Shown: piece after piece, positions 26,330-40,793 of the stretch | Layout of the letters: the number at the start of each line of letters is the position of its first letter | Numbering within the stretch: the stretch's first letter is position 1 | Source: Octopus vulgaris | Lineage: Eukaryota | Direction: 5' to 3' | DNA length: 64,000 bases | NCBI GenBank assembly: GCA_951406725.2 | Contig: OX597816.1 | Location: forward strand, 41,540,001-41,604,000 | Position numbers and translations under genes: made by a program | Notes under the pieces: generated by a model | What the model saw: only the letters and a program-made list of their open reading frames with translations | Told to the model about the DNA's origin: nothing | Databases searched by the model: none

Positions 26330-27395
26330 CTCACAGAAGTGTTTCTATTGACGGTCTTGTTGTTGTCTTCCAGTTTAAATCGTTTTTTAAGGAAAAAAGT
26401 TTCAGCTTCATCCATTTGTCCTAGCTTATTTATAATACAATATGTCTGATTATTCTGATCATTTATATTCTCTGATATTGTATGGTTCTCTTCTGCAATT
26501 CTTTTAATCAATAAAATACATGTTTCAAATTATATTGGATTCTACATGCTGTTTTTGATTGTTGCCAATATTAATAATAATCTGTGGAATTCGTAAAAAT
26601 CAAAAATTCACTTTTTAAAATTCAGCATTTTTAATCAGATTCACGTGTTCTTCCTAAACAGCATGAAATCTTGGTGTAGCGAATTTCAAGGCTAGTTAAA
26701 TAGAAATTTCCTTTCAAATATTAATTTTGGTTATCTGATCTATCTTTGTTAACTAGGTAGAAAGCATTCTTATTCCTGAAATAAAAAAAAGCAGTCTTAT
26801 TCCTATATAAGAAAGCAGTCTTATTCCTGAAATAAAAGAATTCGAGTATCTGATTATTGTATCAGATATGGTGTACGGCACCGTGTCATTTTCTTCTAAT
26901 TTGACGTTACGAAGTATTTCTTCTCCATATGCTGTGGTAAAAATTAAGTTACGACTTCATTTCCAGGATAAATAAATGTATTGGAGAATTTTTATTTCGA
27001 ATAAAGCATCAGGAATTATACCAATTCTTAGAACTCTATATAAATATATGTATATATACATTGTCATTTCATTATGATTACGAATACGTCTACGGAAGGT
27101 TTGCTTCTTAGCATAGTGTATTCTCTACATGAACACGTGGCAAAATTATGTAATATATGATATTAAGATAATATAGTTAAACTAAATCGTTTGGATACAC
27201 TGGGGATTATTCAACTGATTATAATGACGAAAGGAACCCGGAAGACAAACTGTTTATTCCTTAATTGGAATTTGGATTACATGAATTTAAATCGTATACT
27301 AAGCACTGATTAAACAATATGAAATAGCAACATCTCAATACAGACATATACATATATATGAAATACCAACTGCTAAATATATATATATATATATT

Positions 27396-27512
27396 GGCCT
27401 GCTCGCTTAGCCAGTAGGGTGGCGTCATTTGAAGGCTAAAACAATGCGAAGCGCATTTTGCCCAGTGATGTGTAGCAACATCTGATGGCCTGGTCGGTCA
27501 CAGTGGTCACGG
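27396..27512 (+). mobile_element. SINE family D tail-type-2 fragment without head
   Basis: ggcctgctcgc...catctgatggcctggtcggtcac is shared with 15478-15545 (reverse complement) and 58996-59070. Confidence 0.7.
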
Positions 27513-27519
27513 TAATATA

Positions 27520-27570
<51 letters not shown>

Positions 27571-27706
27571 GCACACACACACACACACATATATGTACAT
27601 ACATATATATATGCGTGTATACGTATATATGTATATATGCATATATACATGTAAAATATATAGATATATAGATATGTATACATATACATACAAACACACA
27701 CACACA

Positions 27707-27761
<55 letters not shown>

Positions 27762-28239
27762 ACATTAGGAAAAACTGAAAAAAATCAGAAGATATGTATT
27801 CATGTATAAGCATATATATATTTATATATTTACTGAACACATTTACATGGCTTACAAAAAATACAGATAACTAAAATATAAGGACATGTTATTTCAGTTC
27901 CGATAGCTCTTTCTGGGAGCTAGGAATTATGTAATATTTGTTTTGTTGACAGACGTGTAGGGAAAAAGTGAATTATAAGCAACCAATAGTGGATGCTTAT
28001 AAACATTACCGTAAATGCTGCCTCCGCCATATTTAGGATCATAAGGTAGTGAAGTAAAGTGTAGACTATAAGGTTGAAGAAGTTGCAAACAGAAGTAGGA
28101 AGTAGGCAGTTAGAGGAAGGGAATATTCCTGAAGGAGAAGGACGGCAAGAGATAGGAGAGGCGGAGCAGGAAGCTGTAGGCTGTGGGTGACCAGGAGATT
28201 GAGAGAAGTATATTTGATGAGTCAAGAGACAAATGAGAA

Positions 28240-28469
28240 AGGCGGCGAGCTGGCAGAAACGTTAGCGCGCCGAGCGAAATGCTTAGCGGTATTTCGTCTG
28301 CCCTTACGTTCTGAGTTCAAATTCTGTCGAGGTCGACTTCGTCTTTCAACCTTTCGGGGTCGATAATTGAATACCAGTTATGCACTGGGGTCGATGTAAT
28401 CGACTTAATCTCTTTGTCTGTCCTTGTTTGTCCACTCTAGGTTTAGCCCTTTGTGGGCAATAAAGAAAT
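28240..28469 (+). mobile_element. Full-length SINE, family A, with 16-bp TSD
   Basis: Head GGCGGCGAGCTGGCAGAAACGTTAGC, B box GAGTTCAAATTC; TSD aagagacaaa(t/c)gagaa at 28224-28239 and 28470-28485. Confidence 0.92.
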
Positions 28470-28874
28470 AAGAGACAAACGAGAAGGTGTGGCACAGGGA
28501 TGGTTTGAAATGCGGCTTCGTTGTTGAGCGTATTGACAAAATATATTATTACTCAGGGACGAGAGACGCAAGTAGGCATGGTAAAAGTGGGAGTAGCGGG
28601 TATAAAGTTATAGATGCAGGCACTGAGGAGCAGCGGAAATTCGAACAATGAAGGTGTAAGGAACTCCGGTTTCACATGTACTGTCCCTAATGCATCTTCT
28701 TGCACTCTGAGTCTCTTCAGGTACATCCATGCCATAAACTTGTCTCAATAAAGATCCTAAGTTGAGGCTGCCATGTTGCTATATTGCTATATGCCCGTCA
28801 ACATAGGGAATATATATATATATATATATATATCTTCCCTAACCAGGCGGGCATGTGTATATATATATACATAG

Positions 28875-28934
<60 letters not shown>

Positions 28935-28937
<3 letters not shown>

Positions 28938-29165
28938 CCGGAGTAAGCACATAAATAAGAAACAACGTGGAAAAAAGAGTACTCAAACACCAGAGGTAGA
29001 GTAATATTCTTTATTTAAAAGCAGCAGAAATATACCAAAAGCTGTTTCTAAGAGTTTCACGGTCCCGTTCGTCGGAGAGTTTTGTTGAAAACAAAAACTG
29101 TCCGACGAACGGGAACGTGAAATCTGAGTAACACCTTTTGTTATCTTTCTGCTGCTTTTTAATAA
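28935..29165. mobile_element. PLE terminal-repeat-like palindromic unit 1 in (TA)n
   Basis: Inner palindrome 29011-29165 with two opposed CCGACGA...GAAA hammerhead-like motifs; inverted homologue at 29831-30064. Confidence 0.7.
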
Positions 29166-29166
29166 C

Positions 29167-29238
<72 letters not shown>

Positions 29239-29464
29239 AAAAAAAGTCAAGATAGAAATAGAAAATGCGAAAATAATTTTATAAAAATGATTTCAGTACC
29301 GGTTTCAACTGTAACAATTAAATCATTAAATTTAGAAAAATTAAAAGAAAAGTTTTTAAATAGAATATTTGTATAGTGTTCAAATACAAGTGGCATTTTC
29401 CTTGTTTTTGCCTGTCGCTGTCTCTCTTGTTTACTCTTCTGGGTTCGAGGTTCTTGTGTGTATG

Positions 29465-29509
<45 letters not shown>

Positions 29510-29637
29510 CGGGAAGCTTTATGAAAATAGACAAAAGACGAAGGCAGGTTTACGGAAATTAACAAAAGACGAAGGCTGGTGGAATACAAACAAACAATTG
29601 TATTAGTATCGCGCTCAGGAAATATAAATAAAACAAG

Positions 29638-29675
29638 TCTTTAACGTTTCGAGCCTACGCTCTTCAACAGAAAGA
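29638..29675 (-). ncRNA. Minimal hammerhead ribozyme-like motif (A6U variant) in PLE fragment 29508-29800
   Basis: Minus strand: TCTTT-CTGTTGA-A-GAGC-gtag-GCTC-GAAA-CGTT-AAAGA; perfect 5-bp stem I and 4-bp stem II. Confidence 0.65.
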
Positions 29676-29830
29676 TACACAGAGAAAAACACAGAAAGAA
29701 GGAGAGAAACAAAATATGCGTGCAGAAGCTAGCGAATCAACATGGCGATCTGATTTCGGCCAGAAGTCAAAGATCAAACGTGAGACGCAAGAGCGAATTA
29801 TATATATATATGTGTATATACATATATTTA

Positions 29831-30064
29831 TTTATTTAAAAGCAGCAGAAAATTCAACAAAACTGTTACTCTGAGTTTCACGCTCCCGTTCGTCGGAGAG
29901 TTTTGTTAAAAACAAAAGCTGTCCGACGAATGGGAACGTAAAACTCAGAGTAACATGTTTTGTTGAATTTTCTGCTGCTTTTAAATAAAGCTTATTACTC
30001 TACCCCTGGTATTTGAGTACTCTTTTTTCCACCTTGTTTCACATTTATGTGATTACTCCGGTAT
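29831..30064. mobile_element. PLE terminal-repeat-like palindromic unit 2
   Basis: Inner palindrome 29831-29989; minus-strand motif CTCT-CCGACGA-ACG-ggag-CGT-GAAA-CTC-AGAG at 29869-29900. Confidence 0.7.
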
Positions 30065-32699
30065 ATATACATATTTATATATATATATTTATATATATAT
30101 GTGTGTGTTGTGTGTGTGCATGTATGTATATATGTATGTATATAATGTATGTTTGTATGTGCGTACGCACGTGCATATATGTGTGTGTGTTTGTGTACTT
30201 ATGGAAATATTGAATAGATGAAGTACGCACATAGAGAAAGAGCATTTATACGAGACATATACTTAATTTATTGAAGGGATATGGAAGCAAGATTAATTTA
30301 AAGCTGTTTGAATGTATGCCACTCTCGTATTTCGTAATTTAGCTTCATGGCATTTAATTCTGTTTCTGCTATTAATCTAATACTTCCTTAACACACCGCC
30401 CATACTTGATACATGACTAATTGTAAATCTGTACTTGCAATAATTCTCACACCGGTATATACCTATAATGATATTATCATTTTAATTAAGTTTCCTTTAT
30501 TTAACCTTCCTCTGACGCGAATTCTAATCCGACGTTTATATCACTTTCTTCAGTAAATCCATAAATCCTTTCTGCAGTGTTTCTGTCAATTCTCATACTA
30601 ATCGTGCTTAAATGCGATCATGCATATAGTAATGATAGTTGATTATTTCCGATATATGTATTCGATTCTTCTCTATTTTCACATATAACTTATTAGCATT
30701 TTACACGTAAAGATGTAAAGTGATATTGCCCGTTTGAAGCATTCCTCTCTTAATGGAGGAAGGGTTAGTTTTTATAATTCAAGTTTTGTCTAAATTTGCA
30801 GCATCCTGTGTCACTTTCTCATGATAAGTACATTGTATCTATATTGTAATTGTCCCACTTTATGTTTCTCAAAGTTCGTACAATTAGAAAATTGTGAAAA
30901 GATATCAGTTGTCAAAATACACAATATAACAGCGAGCCTTCTAGAGTGTTTGCGAATAAACCTATTGACTATTACCTAATATATACAGAGATATTAGCCC
31001 TACAGCTACATACTTGCTCTTCTGGAAAAGAAATATATGTAAAAGATAAGATTCAAAATCTCTCTCTATTCATTAGCGAAAGAGTTATAGTCATACACAA
31101 ACACACACACGCACACACACACACACTCACATACACACACAAACACACATATATACATATACACACACTCGCGCGCGCACATACATGCACGCATATATAT
31201 ATACATACACACTCAAACCCGCAGATGCACACGCGCGAATACAGTTAGTAATAATTGGAAGTTATGGTCTCATGACAGCACATTTAGTTTTCAACAGAAG
31301 ATTAAGGTTATTGAATTGTATGCAGTATATTTCAAAACTAATTAGTCAGTAGAGTCATTAAATAGCCTTCTTCTGTAGCAGCCTGGCAAGATTTATAAAA
31401 TATTATGTAGCTACATAAGTATATATAACGACAGAAATGTAGACACATAGATGCACAGAGACACAGAAATAGAGACACAAAGAAACAGTCACTGTATGAA
31501 GATATATACCTTTTTGAATGTGTGCCCTTGTCTCTCATTCCACACATACGCACATACACATATAAGAACATATGTACACACACACATACACACACATACA
31601 CACACACACATACACACACACACATACATATATATTTAAAAGTGTAGAGGTAATACACGGGTAGATAGATAGCTATATTTGAAAAAGAAGAAAAGGCTAC
31701 TTTTTTAAAGATTAGGTACCTTTAAATTTCTTTATATACATACATTAATAATTTTTTTTAGTTTTACATGTTTCGATTGTTTATAAACCTTATCAAAAAT
31801 ATGTACTGAAATGAAATATGTAAAGAAAAAAATATTAATAAAATTATTAAACGTTCGTAGTGTACTTTTCGCTTTCCTGCAAGAGCACAAGGTAATTTCC
31901 ATTAATTTTCGTGGCAAGACATATTCCTATACGAAACTCACGTACTTGTAGTTACAACTCTCAATTCTACAGAAAATCTTTAGAGATAAGCTTAAAAATG
32001 AGAACATCGCATTGCTAACGCAAAATATAAAAAGCAATACATGACTGATAATCCTTTAATATATTTGTAGAATGTTATGGTTGCAGAGCGAAATAATCAC
32101 GTGTACTTCCTATCAATTAATAACTAGTAAAAGTGTCTGTCAGAAATATGATTTCGAAATACATAAAATGCTCCTTATTGGCCACCAAACAAAACTGTAC
32201 TTGATAGTAATATGAGAAGTATGGAAGCAATACCCTCAATACCTCGAGTTGCTTAATTATTGTCTGCTTTTGTTTATTTTATACTTCTAGAAAATTATCC
32301 AAATTTTGGTAATATTTGCATCTGGAAATATTTAGAAGAGTTGTGATTGAAGTCCCTTTGTAGTAAACCTACGGATTTTGAATTCAAGATGCTTTCACGC
32401 TGTTCTGACTCTGTTCTTTTTCTTCTCATCCCATTTGCAAAAGCCTTCTAAAGGTCCAGTGAAAGGGAGGAAATATATGTATAGAAAAGCTTCAAACGAA
32501 TGGAGATATATTTATAGGTTATTTTACGTTGAGAGGTGGGCCAGAACTCCTACTATTAATACTACTGTTACTGCTGTTGCTGCTACTACTACTACTACTA
32601 ACACCACCACCACCTCTCGACAAGTATAGCCTGTCAGTGTCACTCTTAGGGTGGACGGTTCCGTGCACTGTCAATTATCTTCTTGCCTTCGTATTCGTG

Positions 32700-33070
32700 T
32701 CTATCAGGTCTTTCATTTGCTTTCAATTTCCGAGACACGCCCAATATCCTAGGGCCAGTGAAGGACAAGAGATGTTACAGTATTACTGAAATCTTGGGGA
32801 GAAAAAGTGACAGAGTCAATAGCGAAATATCTTCATGTAACATGACATTTAGTACAGACATTTATATGGATATGATTTTTCTAATGATGTAGGCAGTATT
32901 TGTCTGCACCACCTTTTGGGATCCTCTGAGATATGGTGGTTCTTCAGGGATATTATCTAGATCTTTCTGACTTCCCTTGCTTATCATACGTAGAGCACCC
33001 AAAATAACAGGAACGAATCTCGCTATAGCGAGAACCGTTGCCACCTCTTTTGTATTTCCATTTTCAGGTC
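32700..33070 (-). pseudogene. Old Dong/R4 3'-end relic abutting (TTA)n
   Basis: FVPVILGALRMISKG...QKVVQTNTAYIIRKIISI (ORF 32862..33044), the endonuclease C-terminus; TTA tract at 33073-33143. Confidence 0.75.
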
Positions 33071-33121
<51 letters not shown>

Positions 33122-34404
33122 CATCATTATTATTATTATTATTGTATATTAATGAACCTATTGTTTTTAATTTCAGCGTGTCAATAGAAATTATACGGCG
33201 AAAAATACCTCATGCCTGATTCAATATTTTTCATGATGGAACATGGCATGATTTAAATAGAGTTTTGTGCATTGTTGTCCATATTTCAATACAGAAATTG
33301 AATTATTTTTCAACAAATAACGAAGGACACACATATCTATGGGTTAATGTATCTATATAGATCTCCACTTTAACAACAGAAACTAATTAGTATACAATAA
33401 TTGATATATCATGTAAACTTTCCGAATACTTCACAACTTGATACCTTAATCCAATTTTGAAAATCAAAGTACTTCTGTTAACTTACTTTATGTATTCAGT
33501 TATGCGTCCATTGATGCAGTACTGTCAATGACTATAGACGCGACTCTCTGATAAACATTTATTTATTTATCTGTCTCTTAACATAAGGTGTGCTATCTTC
33601 CGTCCGAACAATTCCAAATATATATCATTAAACAGACAAAACTACTTTCCTGTGACGATATAGATTAAATTTAAAACAGAGATGTCTCTAGAGTATCGAA
33701 TGAAACTTTACCATTCAGATGGAACATCATTATATTTGTTTCATGTGAATTATATGATTAGCAGATATTATTCCAAGTGAATCTATATAAATACGAATAA
33801 TTTCAGATACACCAATAATCTATACAGTTTCATCTTATAACAATTATAAGCTATTCCCAAATTGGTTTTAACAAATAAGTTTGAACATATTCAATGGCCA
33901 TAGAAATATCATTAGGTAAAAGCCGATGCTCTCTCAACCAATTATTTTTTTGAAAAAGAAAACAAAGTATATCTGTGAATACTTTTAAGTTAGAAGTTGT
34001 TTGGTAGATCCATGTACTATCGATCTAAACCCATTCGTAGTAGGGGTAAAACCTGCAGGTAAATGTGCCAATGTATTTTTAACCAATAAGTGTTATAGAA
34101 ATATTCTATCCCACATTCAAAATAAAAAGGAAAAGACATCACTGGGGGTGAGGTCTCGCCACCAGACATATATAAAAAGCCACGAGAATTGAGGGGAATT
34201 AACTAACTCATGTTGGATTAAAATTTCAAAGCGATTACAATTTCTCATGAGATTTACCAACTTTAAATGTTTCATCTGCCATGATTTTGCATGACAGCCG
34301 TTTACTGGGTTTCTTTGGGATATTGAGATAGAAACAAAATTCTATAAACACACAGACACACATATACACACAAACACACATACACAGACGCACACACTGG
34401 CTGC

Positions 34405-34565
34405 AAAATTTGGCACAAGGCTAGTAATTTTGGGGGTGAGCGTAAGTCGATTACACCGACCCCGATGTTCGACTGGCATTTATATTATCGACTCCGAAAT
34501 GATGAAAGGCAAAGTTGACTCCGGCAGAATTTGAACACAGAACGTAAAGTTGGGCGAAATGCATC
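34405..34565 (-). mobile_element. SINE, family A
   Basis: aagtcgattacaccgacccc...gatgaaaggcaaagttgactccggcagaatttgaac. Confidence 0.8.
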
Positions 34566-34570
34566 AAAGA

Positions 34571-34651
<81 letters not shown>

Positions 34652-34654
34652 TTA

Positions 34655-34706
<52 letters not shown>

Positions 34707-35229
34707 TATGTGTGTGCGTGTATATTTACATACATACATACATACATACATATACATACAAGCAAAACGCCCCCAGTCCAATGGACGGTGCTGAGTTGTC
34801 AAATATTTAAACCAACTTTTCTCCAAAATTGTTCGACTGTCCCATAGGTCTCCCCTTTGAGAAACACTGATTTGACCTAAATTTGAGACACCAGCAAAAC
34901 AGAAATGAAGATAGACATTTTTTATTCATACGGTTTTATTCACACAAATATGGAACCGAAGCGTTTAAAGTACTGGTAATGATAAGGCTTTTGACTGGGA
35001 GAACACAAACATTGTTTAAATAGTAAGTTTGGCAGGAATGAAACGTCCCTTTAAGCAGTACAAAAGCAACAAAAAATGTAAGGTGCAGTTAAATACAGGT
35101 TGACGGCAGAAAAGCAGGACAAAAACGATGCATGCAAATGGGTTAGCTAGAGGTAAATCTAGATAGATTGAAACATCTGATGTTCTTACGCATACAAATG
35201 CACGTTCCCACGGCTTTATCGATCGCATT

Positions 35230-35366
35230 CTTACCTGGAATCGATTTCTATAATGTTTTCAAGACTTATACACGCCCTGATACCGTCGGTATCTACACAT
35301 CAAATTTGAGCGCAATTGGATGGATGATGCCCGAGATCCTATGAGACACACAGACAGAACAGATTT

Positions 35367-35385
<19 letters not shown>
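35230..35385 (-). mobile_element. Possible non-autonomous Helitron 5' end
   Basis: Minus strand TATATAAAATCTGTTCTGTCTGTGTGTC...CCAATTGCGCTCAAATTTG resembles the general layout of non-autonomous Helitron 5' ends. Confidence 0.3.
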
Positions 35386-35433
<48 letters not shown>

Positions 35434-35648
35434 GTAGAAATATAAAAATATTCAAGCAGCAAAGATACTGACGATTCAGTATACACCACGTGGCAACATT
35501 ATGAGTCGAAAATATGTGGGGAGAAAAATACAAATCTGTAAGAGAAATGCCTTCGTTTCATATAGTTTAATATTTTTTTAATAAATAATATATGCATATA
35601 CGGATGTTGAGAAATCCAACATATTTTCGCTATTTAAATTAGCTTTTC

Positions 35649-35704
<56 letters not shown>

Positions 35705-36300
35705 CATAAAGGAATTTGTATGATTGTGTACAGAGGGCTATATATTATTCAAAGGAATTCCAGCTCTTTTTATGTTTTATTTATATTCTTTATATTAATG
35801 TAGAATATAGAATATATAGTATAAATAATATATATATTGTAAAATGAAATGAAGTATTGATTCTTTTATTGAATAGATGAAATATTGAATATAAAATATT
35901 TAGGGACTAGTATACTTTCTTGCATTATAGCAGTCTTCAAGGTGCCAGGTTGTGACAGGAGTGTGTCAACTGTCTTTTGTCCTTCGTATATGTTCCTGTG
36001 GGCAGCAGTAGTAGTTGTTTGGCTACTTTTAGAAATTATGCCAAACCATTGTTCAATGTATATTTTTAGAAATGATGATAGCAGTACTTTTTAGAGATTT
36101 TTTGTTTTCATCATAGGGGGAAGATTTTTAGACACCAAATAAGATTAATTTTATCATTCTTCATTTAATCATATATATATATGTATATATATATAGTTAT
36201 CAGTAATAATATAGGGTGAAATTAATTAATTTGGAATAATCATTAATTTCACCAAGTAGATTTCGGCATGTAAAAGCCTCATTCGAGGAAAGTTTAAGTA

Positions 36301-36682
36301 ATACTAAGTAATTAAGGGTTTAGCAACGATTTGCCTCACCACACACCGAATTTAGAAATAGCAGTCAAAGAGTTATAGCTATTCTTTCTACTATTCTTTC
36401 TAGTAAAACCACAACACTTGAAAGGCAAACACAGACAGGCAAGAGAGAAAGAAATGACGGCAATCCATCATACAATCCATCATACATCCATCAGACTTAA
36501 AATTGTATGATGGATTGCCGTCATTTCTTTCTCTCTTGCCTGTCTGTGTTTGCCTTTCAAGTGCTGTAGTTTTACTGAGATCTCCCTTTTAGTAGAAAGA
36601 ATAGCTATAACTCTTTGACTGCTATTTCTAAATTCGGTGTGTGGTGAGGCAAATCGTTGCTAAACCCTTAATTACTTAGTAT
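36301..36682. repeat. Near-perfect ~176-bp-arm inverted repeat inside a TA-flanked insert (36195-36682)
   Basis: Arm 36301-36476 is the reverse complement of 36502-36682 apart from one short substituted patch and a few mismatches; 25-bp spacer. Confidence 0.93.
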
Positions 36683-38019
36683 ATATATATATATATATAT
36701 ATATATTCGTATTATATTACTGTTGCCATTGATTGAAGTATTGTTGCAAATATTTCTACTTTAATAGCACAATTGACTAAAATACAATACAGGCAACTTT
36801 GAATAATAAATCACGAAAAATAATAAGCTGTGAACCAGCAATCACAAGTTTTGAAATATGTTAGCTCCACTGATAATGCATTTTATTCTAGGCCCAGCTC
36901 TATTAAATTCGTTTCAGTTTCATGAACATTAACGCGTAGAAAAACGGCAGAGTTTTAGTTAGAATGTCCAACAGCATTTGTGTAAAAACTTTGCGTTTTG
37001 AATTTCAATACCACCAAAACCTGTCATCCTATTAAAGCATATAATATAATATCACTCTTGATTTATGAAATAATTTCGTTTTTAGAGCTGCGTACATATT
37101 TTGTACACGTTCTTCGAATCTCTACCAGATTTTGGATTCTGTCCGTACCACCAGTAATTTCAGTGACTGTATACCGTAGCGTATTTTGTATTTGCTATAG
37201 ACATCTTCCGTAGCCCCAGAAGAGAGAATCATGCACAAGTGAATGTCTTCATCTTTCCTAATTAAAACGTTATACATTTTAGCGAGGAATATTTCATTTA
37301 AATAACTTGATCACACGACGCATTCTATTTCCGTAGCACAGAATTATTTCTCTTAGCTAGTTACGTGCGCAGTATTGTGTTTCCAATAATCGAAAACTGA
37401 GGCGAACAACATTTTGCATTGAGAGTTTCATTGACAATGTTCTTCATATTTTACATCACGTTATGCTGCATACGTCGTTTGTGAATTGTCCTAACATTGT
37501 ATGAGGTAAGTCAATAGGAAAATTGAAAGAAATGTCATTTTGTTACGAAAATATAACAAGATATATTTTAATGCGGAACACTACGAGTAAAATGTATTAG
37601 GCACGTCATTAGCCATTTTTGTTCTACAAGTATTTAATGTTTTTGTATACGGGGAATTATACTCAGTGATACTGCTAATAATTTAACACATACAGGAAAG
37701 TGGCCCACGATTATATTGCTTAAACATTGCTACGACAAAAAAGGCTAACTGAAATACCGGTCATGAAATTTATTTCGGAAATAAAAGAGAATGATTCAAG
37801 CTATAAACTTAAACATATTGTTGACATATTGTTCAGTGTCACTAATAAGTTAACTCTCAATATATGTGATAGCAAAAACAGCCTATGTATTTGGTGAGGA
37901 GATCCTGCAAAATAAACACAACGCTGGACTCTCCACGTTAAAAAAAAATCAAATAAAAATTTGCATTCATCATTAACTTTCACTTAGGATATGCAGATCA
38001 AACAGAAACATTAGGTATC

Positions 38020-38205
38020 AAATTTTGGCACAAGGCCAGCAGGTTTCAGGATGTACTGAGTCGATTAAGTCGACCATACTACTTTTCAATTGATACTGAT
38101 TTCATCGAACCCGAAAGGATGAAATGCAAAGGCGACTCCGGCGGAATATCAACTGATCCTTTTGAAGGACGAACTGGCTCTAAGTACTTTGCCTGCGCGC
38201 AGCCT
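38020..38205 (-). mobile_element. SINE, family A (degenerate)
   Basis: gagtcgattaagtcgacc...cccgaaaggatgaaatgcaaaggcgactccggcggaat. Confidence 0.7.
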
Positions 38206-39141
38206 TCAACACATTTACTTAATATTATAAGTCATATCTTAATAAATTCAATTGATTAATAACTACACACCGACAATGTTTATATCTCATTATTTGTGTT
38301 ATATTTTCTCCCGACGTTATGAAACTTAACTCTTCATTGCTTACTGTATGCAATTTTCTGTCTAAAATCTCAATTTTCATTTTATACACATTTATAAGAC
38401 CAGCATAAAAAAATGATATATATTTCTTTCTAACCTACTGAAGTTACTCTTGTAAAGTTTATATTTCATCCATTTTGCCAAAACATTCAATTCAGCATAT
38501 AAAATACTCTTCGTTGACTAGTGTAGAGGCATCTAAAATTTCAAGACGTCTGCGTCTGCGTTATGTGCACAGCTCAGAATAAGCCACTAATATAATCGAT
38601 AAATTGATCTGTTATCTGTGTAAAAATTTTGCCATCTCACAAGATGTATTCTAAATCACAATTTCCAGGTATTATTCGTATGCCATTCATATAATCAGAA
38701 GCATCTGTAAAATTAGGATAGACATATCTAGGTGAACTTTAATCGTGCATCACTACGTTATGAAATCGAAATTCTATAGACATTTTTTAAATTTTCGGTC
38801 TTGTAGAAAGTAAATCTGATAAGCTCAAATAAATAATACCATCCATTGCATACACATGCATGCCAGCAACTGCACAAAGAAATGCAGATAAAGGATACAG
38901 GGGTAGAAGTAAAACATCCCTTGTAATTATAATCATATCAGGTACACTTTACACCTTATGAAAATGCAGCATACGTTTGATGTACTTCTATAGGCATTAA
39001 ATATTCGATTTATCGTTTCGATTTACAAGCACATAGTAATTAGAATATATTTGCTATATGCTGCACACGCGCAGATATATATGCATAGCTACATACATAC
39101 ACACACACACACACACAAATACACATTCATGCACTCATGTA

Positions 39142-39194
<53 letters not shown>

Positions 39195-39277
39195 TCATAC
39201 ATGTATATATATATATATGTATATATATATACATACATACATGTATATATATGTATATATATGTACGTATGCATATG

Positions 39278-39365
<88 letters not shown>

Positions 39366-39367
39366 AG

Positions 39368-39416
<49 letters not shown>

Positions 39417-39850
39417 GCATACATAGAGATATGTATAAATACATATATACACATGCACACAAACATACATGCTCATAGAGAAAAATAAAGCATTAAGAAA
39501 CAGAACAGGAATTCCAATTTGCCGTATAACTCCAAAGAAAACCAAAGAAACAATATATATTCATATTGATATAGATTAAAGGATGTTTAAAAAAAAAATC
39601 AATTTTATAGCCTTTGCTGTGTTTTTGATGTTTCAGTTGCAAGAGTAAGTATATTGTTGATTATTTGAAGTATCCCAATTTTTTACCAATCGTATTAGAA
39701 TTCCAACCATTTAATCAATCTATTTGCTCGAATATTACAAACAGATATTTTATGCATATACATATGTAAATATATTTGTAAATTTGTAACTGTACCTGTT
39801 GGTTTCATTGGAGGCATAATTATTTGGAAATACATATATATACATACATA

Positions 39851-39887
<37 letters not shown>

Positions 39888-40563
39888 GTGTGTGTGTGTG
39901 TACATGTATAAATATATATATATATACATACATATATATATATATATGTATATATATGCATTTATATGCACACATACATATATATGCATGCATACACACA
40001 GACATATATATAGATGGAGAGAGAGAGGAGGGTATAATTAAAGAGAAAGATGTATGTATGTCTATGGTGTACGTATGATTAGTTGTTTGTGAATGTTATC
40101 ACATAACTGCATACATATACCCGTATATATATATATATATATATATATAATTCACAGAAACACACACACGCACACATATACATACACACACGAAAACGCA
40201 CCTTGTTATATATATACATATTTAAGACTGAGTGAGTTTGTTCATGCCTGTGTAGCTGTGTGCTTATTGATTTTCGTATAGGTACAACAGGTGAATATTG
40301 AAACAAAGCAATTATAAATATCTCATTTTTCTGTAAAATAGCGCATATAATTGTTTTAAAATTGTTGAATTAATATGGCGCATCTAAATATTTATTTGGA
40401 ATGAAATATCGAAAGTCTCTTTCTTTTTGTATAATTCATAGTTCAATAACTCCTTATAAAACGGAATCTAACTTACACTGTGTAAACAAAAATGTAGATA
40501 CATGATCAAGTAGGAAGGAACGCTTACATAGATACATACAGTCATACATATATATATATATGA

Positions 40564-40709
40564 GCGAAGGCGTGGTTATGTGCTAAGTAGATTGCTTCTC
40601 ATCCTCACGGTTCCGGGTTCAGTCCGGCTGCAAGTTTACATGAATATAGCTTCAAGCCGACAAAAACCTTGGTAACGAATTAGGTAGAAGGAAACTGAAA
40701 GAAACCCGT

Positions 40710-40793
<84 letters not shown>

